Assembly: GCA_964651815.1 (NCBI GenBank)
Contig: CAZYWG010000012.1
Location: forward strand, 1-56,373
DNA length: 56,373 nucleotides
Source: an uncultured Gammaproteobacteria bacterium
GTDB lineage: Bacteria > Patescibacteriota > Microgenomatia > Levybacterales > GWA1-39-11
Reading direction: 5' to 3'
Made by a program: the position numbers and the translations under genes. This document shows, piece by piece, positions 18,800-27,002 of this stretch. Within the stretch, counting starts at the first letter, position 1; each line of letters opens with the position of its first letter. Below the pieces are notes generated by a model. That model had not been told where the DNA came from. It saw only the letters and a program-made list of their open reading frames with translations, and did no database searches.

Positions 18800-20488
18800 A
18801 TGCAGAATGATATTGCCTGGTTTGACGAATTTAAAAAATCCCAGTCTAAAAAATATCTTGAACAAAATCCTATTGCATATTTTTGTGCGGAATATGCGCT
18901 GACTACGGCTCTCCCAATTTATGCCGGCGGCCTTGGAGTTTTGGCAGGCGATTTTCTAAGGGAAATAAACGACCGTGACATTCCTCTTGTCGCAATTGGT
19001 ATTTACTACAATGACGGCTACCAAACGCTTCACAACGTTGATAAGAAAGGCTACATTGACGCGCCTCATGTTCACACTCCTCCGGAAGACTTTGGCCTTG
19101 AGGAGCTCGTTGATGAAGACCAAAATCTTATAACAATTGACGTCCCAATTCATGACAGGATTATAAAAGCAAAAGCTTGGATTTGGCATGTTGGAAAAGT
19201 AAAAATCTATCTTCTTGATACTGGCGTTAAGGAAAATTCAGAAAATGATAAAAAAATAACTGACCATTTGTATGTTAGTGACCGCGAAACTCGCCTAAAA
19301 CAAAAAATGTTAATTGGTATTGGAGGCGTAAGACTTCTTGAAAAACTTGGAATAACGCCATCAATTTATCATATGAATGAAGGGTTTTCCGCTTTATTGT
19401 GTTTTGAGTTGGCGAGTATGGAAATGAAAAAGAATAATATTGGTTTTGAGGAGGCAAAAGAAGCAATTAAGTCAAAAATTGTTTTTACAAACCATACGCT
19501 TGTGACAGGCGGAGAAGATACATACAATAACCAACTTGTGGCACTTGTCCTCTCAAAATACGCTACAGAGCTTGGAGTCCCGGTGAATATACTACTCGAG
19601 GCCGGGAAAGTACCTGACTCAAATACTTTTTCAACAACGCTTTTAGCGCTGCGTATAGCCGGAAAGTCAAATGCGGTTTCAAAACTCCACGGCGTGAAAG
19701 CGGAAGTTCTTTGGCCTGAAAATCCAATGATTCCAATTACCAACGGGATTCACGTTTCTTCTTGGGATGTAATTGACGGCGCGTCGTCAATCTGGCTTGC
19801 ACATCTTGAAAATAAGCGTGAGCTTCTCAAAAAGATTAATTTTGAATCCCGAATCTCCTGGGATGAAAATGCCCTTCTTATTGGATGGGCAAGGCGGCTT
19901 GTAAATTATAAAAGGCCTCTTGCGGCATTTGAAAATCTTAAACGGCTAAAACAAATTCTAGAAAATCAAGATCGCCCGGTGAGGATTGTAGTTTCCGGAA
20001 CGCTCCATCCGTCCGACATTGCCGCTGCAAACTTTTTTGACGAGTTTAGAAATAAAATTGAAGTTGAATTAAAGGATCTTGTTGTCTTTATTCCGGGCTA
20101 TGACACGGGGCTTTCAAAAATTTTGGTAGGCGGCTGCGACGTCTGGCTAAATACACCTATTGTAGGATTTGAGGCGTGCGGAACCAGTGGAATGAAAGCT
20201 GCTTTAAATGGAAATTTACCATTGTCGACGCGTGACGGGTGGATGGATGAAATAAATTTTTTTGGAATTGGATGGGATCTTGATGATAACCATATAAACA
20301 AAAGTATTCTTGATACATTGGAGCAAAAAATAGTTCCGCTCTACTATGACAGACCCAAAGATAATATTCCGCAAGGCTGGATTGAAAATATGACACACGC
20401 CCGAGAACTTATCTTAAAAGATTTTTCGACTACACGAATGTTGAAGGATTATATTGAACAACTCTACCAGCCGCTTCTTCCTAAATAA
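18800..20488 (+). CDS. glgP: Alpha-glucan phosphorylase (GT35), compact form
   Basis: YAGGLGVLAGD, HMNEG, FTNHT, ARRLVNYKR, EACGTSGMKAALNG (PLP lysine). Confidence 0.92.
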   Translation: MQNDIAWFDEFKKSQSKKYLEQNPIAYFCAEYALTTALPIYAGGLGVLAGDFLREINDRDIPLVAIGIYYNDGYQTLHNVDKKGYIDAPHVHTPPEDFGLEELVDEDQNLITIDVPIHDRIIKAKAWIWHVGKVKIYLLDTGVKENSENDKKITDHLYVSDRETRLKQKMLIGIGGVRLLEKLGITPSIYHMNEGFSALLCFELASMEMKKNNIGFEEAKEAIKSKIVFTNHTLVTGGEDTYNNQLVALVLSKYATELGVPVNILLEAGKVPDSNTFSTTLLALRIAGKSNAVSKLHGVKAEVLWPENPMIPITNGIHVSSWDVIDGASSIWLAHLENKRELLKKINFESRISWDENALLIGWARRLVNYKRPLAAFENLKRLKQILENQDRPVRIVVSGTLHPSDIAAANFFDEFRNKIEVELKDLVVFIPGYDTGLSKILVGGCDVWLNTPIVGFEACGTSGMKAALNGNLPLSTRDGWMDEINFFGIGWDLDDNHINKSILDTLEQKIVPLYYDRPKDNIPQGWIENMTHARELILKDFSTTRMLKDYIEQLYQPLLPK

Positions 20489-20546
20489 ACGCTTATCACC
20501 GAGATTGAATCCGAGCCTTAATTCAAATATAATTGAGGGACGCCTT

Positions 20547-20609
20547 AGGGTTTACCCTGAGGAACGAATAGATCGAAGGGTTTACCCTGAGGAATAAAGT
20601 GACGAAGGG
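20547..20609. repeat. Tandem pair of CCCTGAG...CGAAGGG palindromic repeats
   Basis: AGGGTTTACCCTGAGGAA at 20547 and 20577; a third copy CCCTGAGCCTGTCGAAGGG at 20886-20904. Confidence 0.65.
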
Positions 20610-20841
20610 CTGTGATGAAATGGTATCATAGAGGTCTCTCCATGAACATCTTGCCCAAATTGTTAATTTGGCTTAGATGTTCAGGATTCTGAATTTCTAA
20701 GCAGGGATATATTTATTAGGGATGTGATGAAATGGTATCATAGAGGTCTCCAAAACCTTTTTTCTGGGTTCGAATCCCGGCATCCCTGCAAGAAATTCAT
20801 GAACAAAACCTTTTTTTAGGGTTCGAATCCCTACGGCCCTG
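20606..20841 (+). tRNA. Interrupted outer tRNA-Trp(CCA): 5' half 20606-20638, 3' half 20804-20841, 165-nt insert
   Basis: Joined halves give AGGGCTG/CGGCCCT-G acceptor, ATGA/TCAT D stem, GAGGT-CTCCAAA-ACCTT anticodon arm, and TAGGG-TTCGAAT-CCCTA T arm. Confidence 0.7.
20718..20788 (+). tRNA. tRNA-Trp(CCA), intact inner copy
   Basis: AGGGATG/CATCCCT acceptor, G73, anticodon loop CT CCA AA, T arm CTGGG-TTCGAAT-CCCGG. Confidence 0.93.
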
Positions 20842-20847
20842 CATTAG

Positions 20848-20880
20848 ATTTTCTTAATGAACGAAGTGAATTTAGAAAAT
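20848..20880 (+). terminator. Hairpin downstream of the tRNA-Trp locus
   Basis: GATTTTCT...AGAAAATC arms followed by TTTT. Confidence 0.35.
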
Positions 20881-20948
20881 CTTTTCCCTGAGCCTGTCGA
20901 AGGGCTGATATAGTTTGGTATATTCCCCCCATTTGGTATAATCTCCGA

Positions 20949-21692
20949 ATGGTTGAAAGAAAATCAAATCCCTTGACTCCGGAGGCAATTGGAGATTTAA
21001 GAAAAACCTCAAATTACAGACGCGGCGTGACATTTATCATGCAACACGTACTAGACAGACTTTGGTCCTATAAACAATCAGGTATTGCGGGAGAGCGCGG
21101 ATACGATCATACATTTGCCCAACTGTTGTCTAACTCCGAGGGTAACTCGCTACAAGACGTTTTAGACAATAAATCAAATCCCTTGGTGTTGGATCTTATG
21201 AGCAATGGTGGCTTTGTAAGGCAATTAAAAGGCGCCAGGGGCCTGTCAGTGTCTCTTAGTAATCAGAGATCCAGGGAAGAAAGGGAACTAGATGAATCCG
21301 CAGGAAATGGATTCATCAAAGGTGATCTTAAAAGATCTACAACATGGAGAAACATAAGTGATTGGATTTCAAATAATGGAAGAGGTGATGGATTTGATAT
21401 GATTACCATTAGACCAGTAGCAGGTCTTTTGTCTATCCCAATGAACGAAACCTTCTATAAGTATGCTTTAGCAAAATGTTATAGTCTTTTGACAAATCAA
21501 GAAGGATATCTTTTTGCTCAATTTGATAGCCGAATGCTTAATTTTGTTAATAGTTATGTTGAACGTCTTTCAGCAGTCAAAGGCGTTCAAGTAAAAGTTT
21601 TAAGTACGGCCAAAGACCCCGAAGACCATCCTACTTTTATGTTAGTTAAACACGAAGAAGCTCCAAAATCATTAAAGGAACTGCCTCTATAA
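20949..21692 (+). CDS. Hypothetical protein with a probable divergent class I SAM-methyltransferase fold
   Basis: VLDLMSNGG, IKGDL, FDMIT and SLLTNQEGYLF spaced like MTase motifs I-VI. Confidence 0.5.
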   Translation: MVERKSNPLTPEAIGDLRKTSNYRRGVTFIMQHVLDRLWSYKQSGIAGERGYDHTFAQLLSNSEGNSLQDVLDNKSNPLVLDLMSNGGFVRQLKGARGLSVSLSNQRSREERELDESAGNGFIKGDLKRSTTWRNISDWISNNGRGDGFDMITIRPVAGLLSIPMNETFYKYALAKCYSLLTNQEGYLFAQFDSRMLNFVNSYVERLSAVKGVQVKVLSTAKDPEDHPTFMLVKHEEAPKSLKELPL

Positions 21693-21760
21693 AAACGCAA
21701 TAACATTGTCTCCTTTTTAGATATTGAAGTAATACGTTCCAACAAAGTTCACTAGACCCT

Positions 21761-21787
21761 GCCACGTTCAGTTTACATGAACGTGGC
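21761..21787. other. Perfect 10-bp hairpin (terminator or IS200/IS605-type end remnant)
   Basis: GCCACGTTCA-GTTTACA-TGAACGTGGC followed by GCGTTGA. Confidence 0.45.
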
Positions 21788-21838
21788 GCGTTGAAATTTT
21801 AACCCTATCTATTTCATCCTATAGAGAGTAAACTTGCG

Positions 21839-22657
21839 TTGCCTTCTGTTACACAGTATGGGAAAAAAAAAGGAAGAGCTACTGCAGCAAAGATAAAAAG
21901 CAATACAGAACCTAGGTTGATAAGCGCAACGTTAAAAGGTGCAATACAAGAAAGAATTATCCCTCAAGATCACTCAAGTATTATTCCCGGAATCAATGTA
22001 AACGAGCTTAAGCGCTCGCTAGATCTTCTAAAATATGCACTTGACTACTCGGAAGCAATTGTAGACACGGTAAGAACCCCCTTGATTGTTCTCAATAAGG
22101 AGCTCCATGTATTAACTGCGAATAGGTCATTCTATGATACTTTCAAAACAACTTCGCTTGAAACAGAAAACAAATTTATCTTTGACTTAGGTGAGAAATC
22201 CTGGGACGTTCCCAAATTCAAAACACTACTCGAAAAAATCCTTCCGTCCAATACCCATCTTGATAATTATGAGGTGGAGATTAATCATCCTAAAATCGGA
22301 CATAGAACTATGCTACTGTCAGCAAGGCGTACGTATCGTCAAGTAAATAATACGGAAGCAATTCTTCTAGCCTTTGAAGACATTACTGCCCGCAGATTAT
22401 TGGAGCGTCAAAAAGATGATTTTATTGGAATTGTTTCTCATGAACTTAAGACTCCCCTCACAAGCATTCTTGGATATTCTCACCTACTAAAACAGCATCT
22501 TGAAAAAATCGAAGATAAGCGAGGAGAATATTTTCTTTCCAGAATGACCGGACAAATGGAAAGGCTGACGCAGCTTATGGCATCTTTTGTAAACGTCTAC
22601 AAAATACAGAGTGGTAAGCTCGCTCTGAGGAAAAAAAGTTTTCATTTGATAATATGA
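21839..22657 (+). CDS. PAS + HisKA part of a cytoplasmic sensor histidine kinase (frameshifted from the next ORF)
   Basis: PAS (EAIVDTVRTPLIVLN...ANRSFY) and H-box (VSHELKTPLTSI). Confidence 0.85.
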   Translation: MPSVTQYGKKKGRATAAKIKSNTEPRLISATLKGAIQERIIPQDHSSIIPGINVNELKRSLDLLKYALDYSEAIVDTVRTPLIVLNKELHVLTANRSFYDTFKTTSLETENKFIFDLGEKSWDVPKFKTLLEKILPSNTHLDNYEVEINHPKIGHRTMLLSARRTYRQVNNTEAILLAFEDITARRLLERQKDDFIGIVSHELKTPLTSILGYSHLLKQHLEKIEDKRGEYFLSRMTGQMERLTQLMASFVNVYKIQSGKLALRKKSFHLII

Positions 22658-23079
22658 TAGAAAGTATTATTGCCGATTTTCAATTCACCTCAAAGTCACA
22701 CGTTATCAATCATTTTGGATCTACCGGAGTTGAAGTACTTGCAGATCGCGATAGAATTATTCAAGTTTTGATAAATCTAATTACAAATGCAATAAAATAC
22801 TCTCCTAAAGCTGATAAAATCACTGTAACAACGAAAAAAATGGGAAGTAAAGTTGAGGTTTGTATCCAGGATTTTGGCCCCGGAATTCCAAAAGAAGAAC
22901 AAGAAAAAATATTTGAGAGGTTTTTTAGATCACACAACAAAGCAGAATCAAATATCTCAGGCTTGGGACTCGGACTCTACATCTCAACAGAGATAATACG
23001 AAGGCACAGAGGAAAACTTTGGGTGGAAAGCACAAAAGGAAAAGGTTCAAAATTCTACTTCTCTTTACCCATTAATTAA
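22654..23079 (+). CDS. HATPase_c part of the same histidine kinase
   Basis: N box (QVLINLITNAIKYS), G1 (DFGPGI), F box, G2 (GLGLGLYI). Confidence 0.88.
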   Translation: MIESIIADFQFTSKSHVINHFGSTGVEVLADRDRIIQVLINLITNAIKYSPKADKITVTTKKMGSKVEVCIQDFGPGIPKEEQEKIFERFFRSHNKAESNISGLGLGLYISTEIIRRHRGKLWVESTKGKGSKFYFSLPIN

Positions 23080-23115
23080 TACGCAAGGTAACAATAATTT
23101 AACAACCAACCTAGT

Positions 23116-23967
23116 CTACATTTTTGCGTCGATGGCAATCATGATACAAAGAATGGTTATTAGCTTGAGTGAAAATTTAAATATATGGCGCGCCCAGACT
23201 TTGTCGTCTTTGGCTTTAAAACCGTCAAAGGCAAGTTTTAACCAATAAATGCCTAGCACCACTCCTACTACGAGGTAAAAATATCCTGCATATCCAAACG
23301 CTGTTAATGAAATTGTGGCGGCAATAAATGCAATTATATAGAACAAAATATGTATTTTAGTTATCTTAATTCCGCTTTTGACGGGAAGCACGGGGATTTT
23401 TGCCGCGGCATAATCTTTTAATCTGTAAATTGCTATTGAGTAAAAATGTGGCATTTGCCAAAGGACTAGAATTATAAATAATATAATGGCTCCCGCATCA
23501 ATGTGGTTACGAACGGCCGTGTAACCCGCCACCGGTGGGATTGCCCCTGAAACGCTCCCGATTATAGTGCTAAAAACAGAACGCCTCTTCCAGATGCTAT
23601 ACATAACAACGTAAAAAAATACGCCAACTGCTCCCACTAAAACTGTTAGAATGTTAGTAAACAAATACAAAACCGTAAAACCAATGACTCCCAAAACCGT
23701 TGCGTAAGTTATTGCGGCTTGCGACGTTACCGAACCCACAACTAGTGCGCGTTTTTTTGTCCTTTCCATTTTTTCATCAATTTTGCGGTCAAGAAGATTA
23801 TTGATTACGCAAGAAGAAGCAATTATTAAAGTGGTGCCACTTAACACTGCCGCAAATATTCCCAAATTGATCCTCCCGGCGGACGCTAGAAAAAACCCGG
23901 CCGCACACGTTATGAGATTTCCAATGATAATTCCAGGTTTTGTCAGTAAAAAATAAGTTTTAAACAC
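23116..23967 (-). CDS. cyoE: Heme O synthase (protoheme IX farnesyltransferase)
   Basis: LTKPGII, NNLLDRKIDEKMERTKKR, WQMPHF, DYAAAKIPVLP. Confidence 0.95.
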   Translation of the reverse strand: MFKTYFLLTKPGIIIGNLITCAAGFFLASAGRINLGIFAAVLSGTTLIIASSCVINNLLDRKIDEKMERTKKRALVVGSVTSQAAITYATVLGVIGFTVLYLFTNILTVLVGAVGVFFYVVMYSIWKRRSVFSTIIGSVSGAIPPVAGYTAVRNHIDAGAIILFIILVLWQMPHFYSIAIYRLKDYAAAKIPVLPVKSGIKITKIHILFYIIAFIAATISLTAFGYAGYFYLVVGVVLGIYWLKLAFDGFKAKDDKVWARHIFKFSLKLITILCIMIAIDAKM

Positions 23968-24013
23968 TTTAAATATAAGAATCGCTTTTTGAGAACAGAA
24001 TTCGCTCCCGAAA

Positions 24014-24421
24014 TTATTTCATTATCCCCTCTTCACTTTGTATAACCATGTTCATGTCACGAGACGACATATTGTAATTTAAGTGGTTCATAATCCAGAA
24101 AGACCCAATGATGATAATCAGAATAATACCGACCGTTGAAAGAAAAACAAATAAATTCCAGCGCATTTTTTCATCAGTTTTTGATTTTGCCACATGCAAG
24201 AAAAATATAAGCTGCACAATAAGTTGAAAAATGGCGAGCGCGGGTAGTAAAAGACTCATGGTTTGGTCAGTCGGTACTCTGTGACCTGAAGACAAGTGGA
24301 ACATAACTAAAAAATACGAACCAATTGTTAAAACCAGAGACAGTACAAATCCTACAATGTAAGACACGAGTTTGGAATTGATATTTTCCTTATTCGATTT
24401 GTCAACAGAAATATTTTTCAT
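24014..24421 (-). CDS. cyoD: Cytochrome o ubiquinol oxidase subunit IV
   Basis: SYIVGFVLSLVLT, QLIVQLIFFLH, GSFWIMNHLNYNM. Confidence 0.92.
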   Translation of the reverse strand: MKNISVDKSNKENINSKLVSYIVGFVLSLVLTIGSYFLVMFHLSSGHRVPTDQTMSLLLPALAIFQLIVQLIFFLHVAKSKTDEKMRWNLFVFLSTVGIILIIIIGSFWIMNHLNYNMSSRDMNMVIQSEEGIMK

Positions 24422-24996
24422 TACAATACTGCTCCCATAAGATATACAATAACAAAAATAAAAATCCAGACAATATCAAGAAAATGCCAGAATAGACTAA
24501 ACAATGTTAATTTTCTGACTGCACTTTTTGTGAGGCCGCGGCGGAATATGTAAAATATCAAAATTCCCAACCACAAAAGACCCGCTGTAATGTGAAGTCC
24601 GTGTGTCCCAACAAGTGTAAAGTACGACGACAAAAATGCGCTTTTTTGAAAAGTGTTTCCTTCACTAAATAAACGAGTGAATTCCGTAAGTTCCATAACC
24701 AAAAATGACGCTCCCAGGAGAAATGTTGCGCCGGTTGCCATAAGAACTTGTTTTTTGTTTTCTTGCTGCAATGCCAATAGCGCAAGTCCACATGTAAAAC
24801 TACTGGTAAGCAGAATTATAGTTTCTGTCAGGACAAACGGCCCATTAAACATATCTGCAATTGAAATACCACCAAAAGTATTATTATGAAGCACTGCATA
24901 AGCAGCAAAAAGGACAGCAAACATTAGTAGATCTGTCATTAAATATACCCAAAACCCAAAAACTACAGTGTCAGATGAAGATTCGTGTTTATCCAT
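24421..24996 (-). CDS. cyoC: Cytochrome o ubiquinol oxidase subunit III (probable start ATG 24996)
   Basis: [31 protein letters not shown]; GGAGGA upstream. Confidence 0.95.
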   Translation of the reverse strand: MDKHESSSDTVVFGFWVYLMTDLLMFAVLFAAYAVLHNNTFGGISIADMFNGPFVLTETIILLTSSFTCGLALLALQQENKKQVLMATGATFLLGASFLVMELTEFTRLFSEGNTFQKSAFLSSYFTLVGTHGLHITAGLLWLGILIFYIFRRGLTKSAVRKLTLFSLFWHFLDIVWIFIFVIVYLMGAVL

Positions 24997-26962
24997 TTTT
25001 ATTCCTCCTATTCTCAATTTTTGCTACCTCTGCGGCAGTTACTACATATTCTGTTTCATCATCAAACGTTCGGATGATAACGCAAATAACAGCGCCTATT
25101 AGACCTGCTGCTGCAAGCCAAAATATATGCCAAACCATAGCAAAACCAAATATAAAAATGAATCCCGCAACATATATGCCAAGAGGTGTATTTTTGGGCA
25201 TATGGATATCTTCATACTTGTGGTTCGACTTATTTGTCCCGGCCTTCTTCATTTCCCAAAAGGCGTCGCGCGAGTTTACCTCCGGAACGATAGCAAAATT
25301 ATAAAATGGCGGTGGTGACGACGTTGACCATTCTAGTGTCCGGCCGTTCCATGGATCGCCCGTTGTATCAAGGTTTTGTTTTCTTTGCTTGATACTCACA
25401 ACAACTTGAACTACCTGTAGCATTGCCCCAAGCAAAATAACAAGAAACCCCAACCCGGCAATTATGAATAGCCCTTGCCAGCCGGTTGAGGCGTCGTAAT
25501 GGTCAAGCCTTCTTGTCGCGCCCATTACACCTAAAATATAAAGCGGCCCAAAAGACATAAAAAACCCAACCAGCCAACACCAGAATGCATATTTCCCAAG
25601 GCGCTCGTTGAGCTTAAATCCAGTCACCTTTGGAAACCAATAAGTAATACCCGCAAAAATACCAAATAACGCGCCTCCAATTATCATTGTGTGAAAATGC
25701 GCTACCAAAAACAAACTATTATGAAGCTGAAAGTCAGCAGGTGGCACTGCCAGTAAAACTCCCGCTAAACCACCGAACGTAAATGTGCTGATGTAGCCCA
25801 AAAACCAATACATTGGTGTCATAAATTTAATTCGCCCTTTATACATAGTTGAGACCCAATTAAAAATTTGAACGCCGGCCGGAATTGCAATAAAACTTGT
25901 GGTGATCCCAAAAAAAGCGTTTACGTCTGCTCCGGCACCCATGGTAAAGAAATGGTGTAACCATACAAGTAATGCGAGGAAAGATATGCCGAATGCGGCA
26001 AGCACTCCAGAAACATAACCTGTTAATCGCTTCTGGGAAAATGTTGCGACAACCTCAGAATAAACTCCAAATGACGGCAATATAAGGATATAAACCTCCG
26101 GGTGCCCCCACATCCAAATGAGATTCGTATACATCATTGCGTTACCACCTAAATCCGTTGTAAAAAAGTGCATACCAAACGTCCTATCAAGAGACAAAAG
26201 CGTAATAGTTGCCGTAAGTATTGGAAAAACAGTAACAACTAGAACCATACTAAATAAAGAAGTCCACGTAAACATAGGCATTTTCAAAAGGGTCATCCCC
26301 GGCGCGCGTTTTTTAATGATGGTCATTATAAAATTAATACCTCCAAGAAGAGTCCCAAGACCTGAAACCTGCAGACTCCAAATCCAGAAATCAACGCCAA
26401 CACCCGGGCTATATTGAAGTTCTGAAAGAGGCGCAATTGCAAGCCAACCTGTAGCAGCAAATTCTCCGCCAAACATAAAAAAAAGATTTACAAGTATTGC
26501 GCCGGCGACATATAGCCAGAAACCCAAAGTATTGAGAAATGGGGATGCAAGATCCCGGGCGCCAATTTGAAGCGGCAAAATGAAATTTATAAGGCCAAAG
26601 AGAAATCCCATGGTAACAAAAAATACCATGATGACACCGTGCGCCGTGAAAACTTGCTGAAAGTGGTCTGCATTGAGATACCCGTGTGAAGCGCCAACTG
26701 AAAGCGCCTGCTGCAACCAAATCATCCCTGCATCAAGTCCACCTCTGAATAACATTAATGAAGCAACAATTACATACATTATCCCGATTTTTTTGGGGTC
26801 GGTTGATGTAAGCCATTCGTTCCAAAGCCATTTCCAACGTTTTAAGTATATGACGAATACGAAAGCCGCAGCGCCAGCACCCAGCATGGCAACAGTCCCA
26901 CCAATCGTAAACCATTCGTGGGGAAGTGCTGCAAAAGTTAGTCTTCCAAATATTAATTCCAT
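24989..26962 (-). CDS. cyoB: Cytochrome o ubiquinol oxidase subunit I
   Basis: Six His ligands (FTAHG, GHPEVY, LHHFF, AHFH); quinol-site R..D and H..Q; D-pathway ARD; TRRL. Confidence 0.97.
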   Translation of the reverse strand: MELIFGRLTFAALPHEWFTIGGTVAMLGAGAAAFVFVIYLKRWKWLWNEWLTSTDPKKIGIMYVIVASLMLFRGGLDAGMIWLQQALSVGASHGYLNADHFQQVFTAHGVIMVFFVTMGFLFGLINFILPLQIGARDLASPFLNTLGFWLYVAGAILVNLFFMFGGEFAATGWLAIAPLSELQYSPGVGVDFWIWSLQVSGLGTLLGGINFIMTIIKKRAPGMTLLKMPMFTWTSLFSMVLVVTVFPILTATITLLSLDRTFGMHFFTTDLGGNAMMYTNLIWMWGHPEVYILILPSFGVYSEVVATFSQKRLTGYVSGVLAAFGISFLALLVWLHHFFTMGAGADVNAFFGITTSFIAIPAGVQIFNWVSTMYKGRIKFMTPMYWFLGYISTFTFGGLAGVLLAVPPADFQLHNSLFLVAHFHTMIIGGALFGIFAGITYWFPKVTGFKLNERLGKYAFWCWLVGFFMSFGPLYILGVMGATRRLDHYDASTGWQGLFIIAGLGFLVILLGAMLQVVQVVVSIKQRKQNLDTTGDPWNGRTLEWSTSSPPPFYNFAIVPEVNSRDAFWEMKKAGTNKSNHKYEDIHMPKNTPLGIYVAGFIFIFGFAMVWHIFWLAAAGLIGAVICVIIRTFDDETEYVVTAAEVAKIENRRNKNG

Positions 26963-27002
26963 TATTATTGTCCTACATTATATTTCAATGCGCAGAATAC
27001 AC

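Noticed and set aside
20547-20594. Direct repeats as a CRISPR array
   Set aside because: Only two 18-nt copies with a 12-nt spacer and no cas genes; they fit a palindromic repeat family.
20639-20803. Group I/II intron, archaeal BHB intron, or integrase attL/attR as explanation of the tRNA insert
   Set aside because: Only 94 nt of non-tRNA sequence; no U at the 5' splice site or terminal G compatible with a 7-nt loop; no 3-4-3 bulge-helix-bulge seen; no integrase, and the 5' half is not restored as in att sites.
20606-20841. Second tRNA-Trp as evidence of UGA recoding
   Set aside because: Both copies have a CCA anticodon, and TGA serves as a stop in this window (e.g. the ORF ending at 22657).
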